From positions 1,350,001 to 1,382,000 of the forward strand of contig NC_009925.1 in assembly GCF_000018105.1 (NCBI RefSeq): 32,000 bases of DNA, read 5' to 3'. Below the pieces are notes generated by a model that was not told the origin of the DNA, ran no database searches, and saw only the letters and a list, made by a program, of their open reading frames with translations. How positions within the stretch are numbered: the stretch's first letter is position 1; every line of letters starts with the position of its first letter. This document shows positions 1 through 7,955 of this stretch, one piece after another. The translations under genes and the position numbers were made by a program. This DNA is from Acaryochloris marina MBIC11017. Lineage in GTDB: Bacteria; Cyanobacteriota; Cyanobacteriia; Thermosynechococcales; Thermosynechococcaceae.

Positions 1-263
1 ACCAGATTGACGATATTCGGCGTTTGTACACTAGCGATTTGCGCTTCTTGCGTCAATTTTAGGCATTGCCCAAGCTATGAGTATTGGGGTAGCTGGAGTC
101 CAGTTGAAGGGTGTATTGATGGTGAGGATGCCGATGTGCGATCGCATTTCTCCCCGACCCATCAGATTCCTCTTTACCTTTGCTGGAGGGCAAACCCAAT
201 AGAAATGCAGCACAACGGGTATTTTTGCCCACTACATCTTAGATAATCTTCCCAGTCTTCATA

Positions 264-1292
264 ATGTCTGCGCCTTCCATTAACCCAGCCAAACTCAGGA
301 GTGAACTATCTACGCCCCTTGAGATCGGCCCCTTTGCGGTGAATAGTCGGGTTCTACAGTCACCCTTGTCGGGTGTCACAGATTTGGTCTTTCGCCGCTT
401 GGTACGACGATACGCGCCTGAATCGATGCTCTACACTGAAATGGTTCATGCTAGCCAGGTCTGTCATGCCCGTGAACTCTCCAAAGTCATGGATGTGGAT
501 TTGGATGAGCAGCCGATCAGCGTACAGCTGTTTGATTGCCGTCCCCATTTTCTAGCGGAAGCGGCCCAAATGGCCGTTCAGGAAGGGGCAGACACCATTG
601 ATTTAAACATGGGCTGTCCCGTCAATAAGATCACCAAAAAAGGGGGCGGTTCTTCGCTACTACGAGATCCAGAAACGGCTGAAGCCATCGTTCGAGCAGT
701 GGTGTCAGCAGTTAAAGTGCCCGTGACAGTCAAGACTCGTATTGGCTGGAAAGAGGACGAAATTAACATCCTGGAGTTTGCCCAACGGATGCAGGATGCG
801 GGGGCAAAAATGATTACGGTGCATGGACGCACCCGAGCCCAAGGCTATAACGGACCCGCTCAGTGGCATTGGATAAAGCAAGTTAAAGAGAAACTGTCGA
901 TTCCAGTGATTGCCAACGGCGATATTGTCTCCGTGGAATCGGCGATGGCCTGTTTGGAAATGACCGGGGCAGATGGGGTGATGTGTTCACGTGGAACACT
1001 CGGGTATCCCTATTTGGTAGGAGAAATTGATTATTTCTTAAAAACCGGACAGCAAAAGGCCCCGCCCACCATTATTGAGCGTTTGCAATGTGCGCGGGAG
1101 CATTTGCAAGGGTTATGGGAGTACAAAGGCATCAAAGGGATTCATCAAGCCCGTAAGCATATGACTTGGTATGTGAAGGGGTTTGTTGGTGCAGCTGAAT
1201 TACGAGATCGCCTCTGTCGGATCAATAGCGTCGAAGAAGGTCTAGATTTATTGGACCAAACCATAGACGGTAATCCCACCCCGCAGACTTAA
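264..1292 (+). CDS. dusB: tRNA-dihydrouridine synthase (DusB-type FMN TIM-barrel enzyme)
   Basis: 342-aa ORF from ATG 264. Dus-family motifs are visible: LSGVTDLVFRRL, DLNMGCPVNKITKKGGGSSLL (catalytic Cys loop), VTVKTRIGW, ITVHGRTRAQ. A C-terminal helical part follows. Confidence 0.88.
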   Translation: MSAPSINPAKLRSELSTPLEIGPFAVNSRVLQSPLSGVTDLVFRRLVRRYAPESMLYTEMVHASQVCHARELSKVMDVDLDEQPISVQLFDCRPHFLAEAAQMAVQEGADTIDLNMGCPVNKITKKGGGSSLLRDPETAEAIVRAVVSAVKVPVTVKTRIGWKEDEINILEFAQRMQDAGAKMITVHGRTRAQGYNGPAQWHWIKQVKEKLSIPVIANGDIVSVESAMACLEMTGADGVMCSRGTLGYPYLVGEIDYFLKTGQQKAPPTIIERLQCAREHLQGLWEYKGIKGIHQARKHMTWYVKGFVGAAELRDRLCRINSVEEGLDLLDQTIDGNPTPQT

Positions 1293-1310
1293 CCCAGTTC
1301 CCTACAATGT

Positions 1311-1346
1311 AGAAATGGACTGCTCCATCGATGTAGCTCCATTTCT
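1311..1346. repeat. Long imperfect hairpin in the dusB-prlC spacer
   Basis: agaaatgga (1311-1319) pairs with tccatttct (1338-1346). The enclosed segment gctccatcgatgtagc is itself nearly palindromic. No U-run follows on either strand. Confidence 0.5.
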
Positions 1347-1399
1347 CATGAGTAACTATGGGATTGACCTAGACTTTTTGATCAAACATACAGAACATT

Positions 1400-3511
1400 A
1401 TGAGCAACGACACCCCCATCGCCGCCCAGGATAATCCCCTCCTCCTCTGTGAAGGCTTACCCCCTTTTGACCAAATTGAGGCGGAGCACGTGCTGCCTGC
1501 CATTACCCAGTTATTAACTGAGCTAGAACAGGACTTAAAAACCCTGGAAGCAGAGGTCCAACCTACTTGGACGGGCTTGGTGGAGCCTTTAGAACAGCTT
1601 GGAGACCGCTTGAGCTGGAGCTGGGGGATTATCGGGCATTTGATGGGAGTCAAGAATTCGCCAGAATTACGGGAAGCCTATGAAGCAGGCCAACCTAAGG
1701 TGGTGGAATTTATTAATCGCTTGAGTCAGAGTCGCCCCATTTACGATGCCTATAAACAGCTTCAACAGAGTCCAGACTGGTCTCAGCTTGATCCCGCTCA
1801 GAAACGCATCGTGGAGAGTGCCATTCGGGATGCAGAGCTGTCAGGAGTGGGTCTCACTGGAGAAGCAAAAAAGCGGTTCAATCAAATTCAGCTAGAGCTA
1901 GCGAATCTCTCGACTCAGTTCTCTAATCATGTCTTGGATGCAACAAAGGCCTTTAATATCTTGTTGACCAATCCCAAGGAAGTCGCAGGCCTGCCGCCGA
2001 GTTTATTAAGCCTGGCAGCCCAGGCAGCCCGAGCCGTAGGGGAGAAAGACTCAACACCCGAACATGGTCCCTGGTTGATGACCCTCGATATTCCCTGTTT
2101 TGGCCCTTTTATGCAACATAGCCAGCGCCGTGACTTACGAGAAAAGCTCTATCGCGCCTATATTAGTCGGGCCTCTGAAGGGGAATTTGATAACACCGAC
2201 ATTATTGACCGGATTCTGGAGCTGCGGAAAGAAGAAGCCAAGCTGCTCGGCTTCGAGACCTATGCGGAAGCGAGTCTCGCCAGCAAAATGGCCCCCACGG
2301 TGTCTGCCGTTGAAACCTTACAGGAGCAGCTTCGACAAGCCAGTTTCGATCAAGCCACTGCAGAACTCGACACCCTGAAAACCTTTGCCCAGGAACAAGG
2401 ATCTGAGGAAAATAGCGATCTAAAACATTGGGATGTCAGTTTCTGGGCCGAACGCCAGCGGGAAGCCAAGTTTGATATTACCGATGAACAACTGCGCCCC
2501 TATTTCCCCCTGCCCCAAGTCTTAGACGGCTTGTTTAATCTGATCAATCGCCTCTTTGGAGTGACGGTGACCGCCGCCGATGGTCAAGCGCCGGTTTGGC
2601 AGGACGATGTGCGCTATTTTCAAGTGGCCAATGAACAGGGAGAGCCGATCGCCCACTTCTACTTGGATCCCTACTCTCGACCTGCAGAGAAGCGGGGCGG
2701 GGCCTGGATGGATGAATGTTTGGGTCGTGCCCAGTTCCGTCGGGGCGATACGGTCAAGACTCGTTTACCCGTCGCCTACCTCATTTGCAATCAAACTCCC
2801 CCAGTAGATGGTAAACCCAGTTTAATGACCTTCCGAGAGGTGGAAACCCTCTTCCATGAGTTCGGCCATGGGTTGCAGCATATGCTCACCCAGGTAGATT
2901 ATGCCGGGGCGGCAGGCATCAACAATGTGGAATGGGATGCCGTCGAACTGCCCAGCCAGTTTATGGAAAATTGGTGCTACGACCGCCAAACTCTAATGGG
3001 GATGGCCAAGCATTATGAGACAGGGGAGTCATTGCCAGAAGAGTATTACCAGAAGCTATTAGCGGCTCGCACCTATATGAGCGGTAGTGCCATGCTGCGG
3101 CAGCTCCACTTTGGCATGGTGGATATGGAATTGCATCATAACTATGAGCCTGGTGGTTCTGAGCAAGTGAAACAGGTGCGCGATCGCATCGCCAAAACCA
3201 CCACTGTCCTGCCTCCTCTCCCTGAAGATTCTTTCCTCTGTTCCTTTGGTCACATTTTTGCCGGAGGATATTCTGCAGGATATTACAGCTACAAATGGGC
3301 CGAAGTGCTCAGTGCCGACGCTTTTTCTGCCTTTGAAGAAGCTGGCCTCGAAAATGACGCCGCCATTCGAGAGACGGGCCGCCGCTTTCGCGACACCGTT
3401 TTAGCATTAGGCGGCAGTCAACATCCCATGGAGGTCTTCAAATCCTTTCGAGGGCGAGAACCCAGCACAGAAGCGTTGCTACGCCATAGTGGTCTCAAAG
3501 CCGAAGTCTAA
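1400..3511 (+). CDS. prlC: Oligopeptidase A / M3-family zinc metallopeptidase
   Basis: 703-aa ORF from ATG 1400. Zincin motif HEFGHGLQH with a downstream E (NVEWDAVELPSQFMENW). Length and overall pattern are typical of OpdA/PrlC. Confidence 0.88.
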   Translation: MSNDTPIAAQDNPLLLCEGLPPFDQIEAEHVLPAITQLLTELEQDLKTLEAEVQPTWTGLVEPLEQLGDRLSWSWGIIGHLMGVKNSPELREAYEAGQPKVVEFINRLSQSRPIYDAYKQLQQSPDWSQLDPAQKRIVESAIRDAELSGVGLTGEAKKRFNQIQLELANLSTQFSNHVLDATKAFNILLTNPKEVAGLPPSLLSLAAQAARAVGEKDSTPEHGPWLMTLDIPCFGPFMQHSQRRDLREKLYRAYISRASEGEFDNTDIIDRILELRKEEAKLLGFETYAEASLASKMAPTVSAVETLQEQLRQASFDQATAELDTLKTFAQEQGSEENSDLKHWDVSFWAERQREAKFDITDEQLRPYFPLPQVLDGLFNLINRLFGVTVTAADGQAPVWQDDVRYFQVANEQGEPIAHFYLDPYSRPAEKRGGAWMDECLGRAQFRRGDTVKTRLPVAYLICNQTPPVDGKPSLMTFREVETLFHEFGHGLQHMLTQVDYAGAAGINNVEWDAVELPSQFMENWCYDRQTLMGMAKHYETGESLPEEYYQKLLAARTYMSGSAMLRQLHFGMVDMELHHNYEPGGSEQVKQVRDRIAKTTTVLPPLPEDSFLCSFGHIFAGGYSAGYYSYKWAEVLSADAFSAFEEAGLENDAAIRETGRRFRDTVLALGGSQHPMEVFKSFRGREPSTEALLRHSGLKAEV

Positions 3512-3570
3512 ATGTTGTGTGGCCAACTTCAATCGCGATTGCTCAACACAACATGCCTGGAAGTTGGCCA
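3512..3570. repeat. Two interlocked inverted repeats immediately after the prlC stop
   Basis: A = atgttgtgt (3512-3520) pairs with acacaacat (3546-3554). B = tggccaacttc (3520-3530) pairs with gaagttggcca (3560-3570). The order is A-B-A'-B'. The 8-bp palindrome tgctagca follows at 3571-3578. Confidence 0.6.
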
Positions 3571-3960
3571 TGCTAGCATTATCCGAATATTCGATATCAA
3601 GGATGGGGGAAAGCCAAAGGAACATCAGGCACTCTCACTATCCCTATTTTTATTATCAATAAGGGATAAAATACTACAACTGCCAGAATAAACAGAAGTA
3701 AATGGCCAGGGAGCATTAAGATTTATTTAAGCTTTCTACCTCAGCCCTGCGGGACTCCCTCGATCAGGACTGAACAACTTCACCAGACTATTCTGTGCCG
3801 TCGATTGATAGCGAAACCTCACGAGATACGAATATTATCTTGTCTCCCCCCTTAGACTTGAGGCCAGTTTCCCTGTCCTGTGACCTGGTACCATCACTGT
3901 TGTCTTCTCCAAAGCTCTTGTGATGGGCCGTTTGAAAAACATACTGTTATTCCTTGGGAA

Positions 3961-5412
3961 ATGTCTCAGTGTCTTAATCCTGAGTGCTTGCACTCTAATG
4001 CCAGTGATAGTACAACATGTCAACAATGTGGTTGGTCTCTACTCCTAGGCGGGCACTATCGTGCTCTTCACTCCCTGGGAACAGGGGGGTTTTCAAATAC
4101 CTTTTCGGCAGTAGATGAGCACCGTTTGCAGTCCCCATGCGTGATCAAGCAGTTCATTCCTCCTCAACTTGATCCAAGCCGGGTCGAAAAATCAATCGCT
4201 CTTTTTCGCCAAGAAGCATCGATATTAAAAGAACTGGGCAATCATCCTCAAATCCCTTCGTTATTGGCATTCCTAGAACAGGACGGACAACTATATCTCA
4301 TCCAAGAATTTATTGAAGGGCAAGATCTATTTCAAGAAGCCATCGAAAAAGGCCCCTTTAGCGAACAACAGATCCAGCAACTGTTTACAGAATTGCTGCC
4401 GATCTTGCAATTTATTCATGAACGACAAGTTGTCCACCGAGATATCAAACCTGGTAACATTCTTCGTCAAGAGAACGGATCCCTTGTATTAATTGACTTT
4501 GGGGGGTCCTTACAATTGGAAGGCTCGTTCCGCCCTGTCACTGGAACACCTGGCTATGCATCCCCAGAACAACTCAAGGGCCAAGTCGAAGCAGCCAGCG
4601 ACTTACATAGCTTGGCGGTAACCGCTATACGCCTCCTGACAGGCTATCTGGCCCAAGAAGACTCAGACCCTTTCGCCAATGCGCAGCAACGGCACCAAGT
4701 CTGGCATCGCCTCAAGGTCAATGTTAGCCCTGAATTAACGCAAATCTTTGATAATCTTCTCCATCCAGACATTCAACAGCGGTATCAGTCAGCCACCGAA
4801 GTATGGCAAGCCCTCAGTCCCAACGCCAACCTTTCATCTACCCCTTCCCCTAGTCTTCAGACCCTGTCGTCTCCCCTTCAACCCAAAATGACGACCTCGG
4901 CATCAATCCCTTACCTAAAAAGCGATGTAGGGGCAAATTACACCCATTTAAAAGACTTATTAACCCAGCAAAATTTCGCGGCGGCTGACCAAGAAACTTG
5001 GAATCTGATGCTAAAAATTGCGGGTATGACCACACAAGAGACCCTCAATATTCAGGTGGTTCAGAATTTTCCTCTCCAGGATCTAAAAACTTTAGATTCT
5101 TTGTGGACAGAGTATAGTGGCGGGCACTTTGGATTTTCAGCTCAAAGACAAATCTACCAACGACTCGGTGGTTCTCTAAAGTTAGATTATGCCGTTTGGC
5201 AAACCTTTGGGAAGCAAGTCGGTTGGTTTAGCGAGGAGCAATGGCAGGACTATGCCAACTTAAAATTCACCCTCAGTGCACCGATCGGTCACCTACCGGC
5301 TTGTTTTGCTGATCCCCTTAATCGTCAAGGGGTTGACCGGGGGGTTTGTGGATGGTGGCGCTTAGGATTTGTGACCCTTCTGCATCGTCTGGCATCATCA
5401 GTTGATGAATGA
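3961..5412 (+). CDS. Hanks-type Ser/Thr protein kinase with N-terminal 4-Cys zinc ribbon and C-terminal GUN4-like domain
   Basis: The ORF track starts at 3880, but the in-frame ATG at 3961 gives MSQCLNPECLHSN...CQQCGWSLLL, a CxxC...CxxC zinc ribbon common at the N-terminus of cyanobacterial kinases. Kinase motifs: GTGGFSNTF, CVIKQF (Lys), HRDIKPGNIL, DFG, TPGYASPEQ. The C-terminal ~160 aa (nt ~4921-5394) fit the GUN4 pattern (ADQETWNLMLK, LDSLWTEYSGGHFGFSAQRQIY). Confidence 0.85.
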   Translation: MSQCLNPECLHSNASDSTTCQQCGWSLLLGGHYRALHSLGTGGFSNTFSAVDEHRLQSPCVIKQFIPPQLDPSRVEKSIALFRQEASILKELGNHPQIPSLLAFLEQDGQLYLIQEFIEGQDLFQEAIEKGPFSEQQIQQLFTELLPILQFIHERQVVHRDIKPGNILRQENGSLVLIDFGGSLQLEGSFRPVTGTPGYASPEQLKGQVEAASDLHSLAVTAIRLLTGYLAQEDSDPFANAQQRHQVWHRLKVNVSPELTQIFDNLLHPDIQQRYQSATEVWQALSPNANLSSTPSPSLQTLSSPLQPKMTTSASIPYLKSDVGANYTHLKDLLTQQNFAAADQETWNLMLKIAGMTTQETLNIQVVQNFPLQDLKTLDSLWTEYSGGHFGFSAQRQIYQRLGGSLKLDYAVWQTFGKQVGWFSEEQWQDYANLKFTLSAPIGHLPACFADPLNRQGVDRGVCGWWRLGFVTLLHRLASSVDE

Positions 5413-5758
5413 ATTCTGCAGAATCTAGACCCTAAATACCTTGAGCGATTACCTCTCTAACATAAAAATTGATTCATTCAAGGATCGATTACTCGCTTCT
5501 TAGAACTGTTATTTACCTATGAAAGATAGTCCAACTTGGGGTTGGTTCAAGGGTGGCATTTTTACAATGGGTATCTCTTCGTTGCATATTATCTCTGAAC
5601 ATTGGAAAATCACTACAAGGTAAAATTCCACAACACATCTTACTCTTTGTTTTATAAACTGTTTCTACCTTGTGAATTAAATAAACCCTTGAAATCCAAA
5701 TTTTGGGACGTTTCCTCTAACGGTTAATTCTTGGCTTACATATGAATGAGGCTATTTT

Positions 5759-7858
5759 GTGATGACACATTCTTCTACTCCTTTAGACATCGATACGGCT
5801 GGCCAGGATGATCTTTCTGGCAATCAAGATTCATCACCATCAGCTGTCTCTATCCCTCCCATGCAGGACTTAGACGCTGCAGAGCCTAAAGCTGACCCGT
5901 GGGATACGCAAACAGAAACTACCGTTGGTGAGGGTGTGGAAGAGATCACCAGTGGGGTAACGGCTCAGAGTTCACAGTCCGAACATTCAACTTCAACAAC
6001 ATCAACCCAATCTTCTAGCTGGGCTGAATCCCCCGGCCCTGAGAAGAATAAAGAGGTTCCGTTTAAAGCTAAAGCCATGTCTCTAGCCTTGGCTGTCAGT
6101 ATGTTGCCAGTTCTTGCAGTCGGAACCGTCACCTACTTTAGTGGGCAATTAGTTCAGCAACAAATGACTCAGGAGCGGCAAGCTGGCAATCCAGATCTCC
6201 AGGCAACCGAACGCTCTATTCAGCAGCAACTCCCTTCCCTATTAATAGGAACGGGCATTACAGCTATTCTTGCCGGTGCGATCGCAGCTTGGTTAGCCCA
6301 TCGAGCCACGACTCCCATACTGAAAGCAATTCAAGTCTCTGATGAAATGCTCCAGCAAATTCGGCCGGGCATGGTGAAACCAGAGACAGCTGAGACAGAT
6401 ATTTTAAGCCAGCTAGAACATAATATTCGCAGTATCGAAGGTTATATCCCGGCCTTACTGGCCCAGCAAGATTCAGAAATTGAGCAGTTACAGATGCTCA
6501 AGTACATCACCAACAAAATTCGCGCCTCCCTCAATGAAGATGATGTTCTCAACACCACCGTTGAAGAAGCCCGCAAAATCATCAAGGCCGATCGGGTTAT
6601 CGTCTATGGATTTGATGAAGATTGGTATGGCACGGTGATTGCTGAATCCGCTATCCCAGGCATTGCTAAAGCATTATGGGCAGAAATTAAAGATCCCTGT
6701 TTTGCCGAAAACTATGTGGAGAAGTATCGCGCAGGCCGGATTCAAGCCATCAATAACGTCCACGAGGCAGGTTTAACCAAATGCCATCTGGCTCAGTTAG
6801 AGCCCTTTCAAGTCAAAGCCAACCTAGTGGTGCCAATTCTGCGAGAGGAGAAGTTATTTGGCTTATTGATTGCCCATCAATGTACCCAACCCCGAGTATG
6901 GCAAGAGTCAGAAATTAACCTCTTTGCCCAAGTCGCCTCCCAAGTTGGATTTGCCCTTGACCATGCCCGACTTCTCGTTCAAGTCGATCAAGCCAATAAC
7001 AACGCGATGGCCCACACTCAGCAGGCAGCTCAAGACTATGAAATGCTACAGCAGAGAATTTCACAGCTTTCCTTAGAAAGCAATAGCGTGGTGGAATTAT
7101 TTGGCACAGATGCCAACATGGCGATCACCAATACCCAAGATCAGATGCATGAGATTGCTGAAGCAGCTGATCAAATTCACGTCATCCTCAATGAGATTAC
7201 CCAAACCCAGGAACAAGTGCAGATTGCCACACAAGAAAGTCAAACTGGGATGACCCATACCGTGGACCATTTACAGTCTCTATCCAAATTGGTAGAAACC
7301 GTTGACCAGTCGGTCCATCCCTTACAGCAACCCACCCAACAACTCGGTGAGCTGATCGATTTAATGGGGCATGTGGTGTCTCAAGTCCAGCTGCAGGCAA
7401 TGAATGCAGCCCTAGAAGCGGCTCGATCGGGTGCTGCAGGCCAATCTTTTGCTGAGATCGCCGAAAAGGTTCATGGCTTGTCTCGACAACTAGACGCAAC
7501 CCTGACGGATGTCAAACCCTTAGTCAGCCATATCCAAACCACCACTCAATCTGTGGGTCAGGAGATGGCTAGTGGGAAAAACGCGATTGCGGTAGACACC
7601 CAAACCTTAGGCAGCACCCAAATCAAGTTGGCTGAATTAAATAGCTTAAATCAACGGGTCTTGGATCTCGTGCAGCAAATTGCTGAAGTCACTACAAATC
7701 AAGTGGAATTATCGGTGTTAGGTCACAAAACATTGGATCATCTTGCAAACACTACCCTCAGTGCAACAACACAATCTTCCCAAATTGCAGAAGCGGTTCA
7801 TCAGCTCATGGCTACGGTCAATAACGACCTCCACTCGGAAGATTCCTTTTCGGCCTAG
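5759..7858 (+). CDS. Methyl-accepting chemotaxis-like protein with a DXCF-type cyanobacteriochrome GAF domain (PixJ-like photoreceptor)
   Basis: GTG 5759 or ATG 5762. The N-terminus is an acidic, Ser/Thr-rich ~100 aa. Two TM helices (aa ~105-127 and ~158-181) have only a ~30-aa loop between them. A HAMP-like segment follows. The GAF domain (nt ~6491-6973) carries DPCF (Cys314), CH (Cys342-His343), FQVKANLVVPIL and LIAHQC. The MCP signalling hairpin is LQAMNAALEAARSGAAGQSFAEIAEKV (nt ~7385-7489). Confidence 0.85.
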   Translation: MMTHSSTPLDIDTAGQDDLSGNQDSSPSAVSIPPMQDLDAAEPKADPWDTQTETTVGEGVEEITSGVTAQSSQSEHSTSTTSTQSSSWAESPGPEKNKEVPFKAKAMSLALAVSMLPVLAVGTVTYFSGQLVQQQMTQERQAGNPDLQATERSIQQQLPSLLIGTGITAILAGAIAAWLAHRATTPILKAIQVSDEMLQQIRPGMVKPETAETDILSQLEHNIRSIEGYIPALLAQQDSEIEQLQMLKYITNKIRASLNEDDVLNTTVEEARKIIKADRVIVYGFDEDWYGTVIAESAIPGIAKALWAEIKDPCFAENYVEKYRAGRIQAINNVHEAGLTKCHLAQLEPFQVKANLVVPILREEKLFGLLIAHQCTQPRVWQESEINLFAQVASQVGFALDHARLLVQVDQANNNAMAHTQQAAQDYEMLQQRISQLSLESNSVVELFGTDANMAITNTQDQMHEIAEAADQIHVILNEITQTQEQVQIATQESQTGMTHTVDHLQSLSKLVETVDQSVHPLQQPTQQLGELIDLMGHVVSQVQLQAMNAALEAARSGAAGQSFAEIAEKVHGLSRQLDATLTDVKPLVSHIQTTTQSVGQEMASGKNAIAVDTQTLGSTQIKLAELNSLNQRVLDLVQQIAEVTTNQVELSVLGHKTLDHLANTTLSATTQSSQIAEAVHQLMATVNNDLHSEDSFSA

Positions 7859-7955
7859 TTCATGACTCTGATAACGTTCCATCCTTTGCTTTGTCTTGTC
7901 TTCAGTCCCATCTTATTTATGTTGGGACTCTCCCCTCTAATCTGCCAATCAGTTC

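Noticed and set aside
1-263. ORFs 7-246 (+) and 31-213 (-). Frame +1 is also open from base 1 to the stop at 244-246, so a gene could enter from upstream. I also looked here for an RNA gene (tRNA, tmRNA, RNase P, riboswitch).
   Set aside because: Both translations are Cys/Trp/His-rich and match nothing I recognise, and there is no SD-like sequence. I found no conserved RNA motifs (no T-loop GGTTCGA, no B12 box). I left it unannotated as the probable dusB upstream region.
3880-3960. Upstream extension of the Ser/Thr kinase ORF (MTWYHHCCLLQSSCDGPFEKHTVIPWE)
   Set aside because: The extension is not protein-like. The internal ATG at 3961 reproduces the conserved zinc-ribbon N-terminus of this kinase family.
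5413-5424. Perfect 12-bp palindrome attctgcagaat directly after the kinase stop codon (tga 5410-5412)
   Set aside because: With zero loop length it is a poor RNA hairpin, no T-run follows, and it is a single occurrence. It is probably chance or a minor protein site.
5519-5623. 34-codon ORF (MKDSPTWGWFKGGIFTMGISSLHIISEHWKITTR) upstream of the MCP gene
   Set aside because: It has no SD-like sequence, sits in an AT-rich promoter-like context and shows no recognisable family. Kept only as a note.
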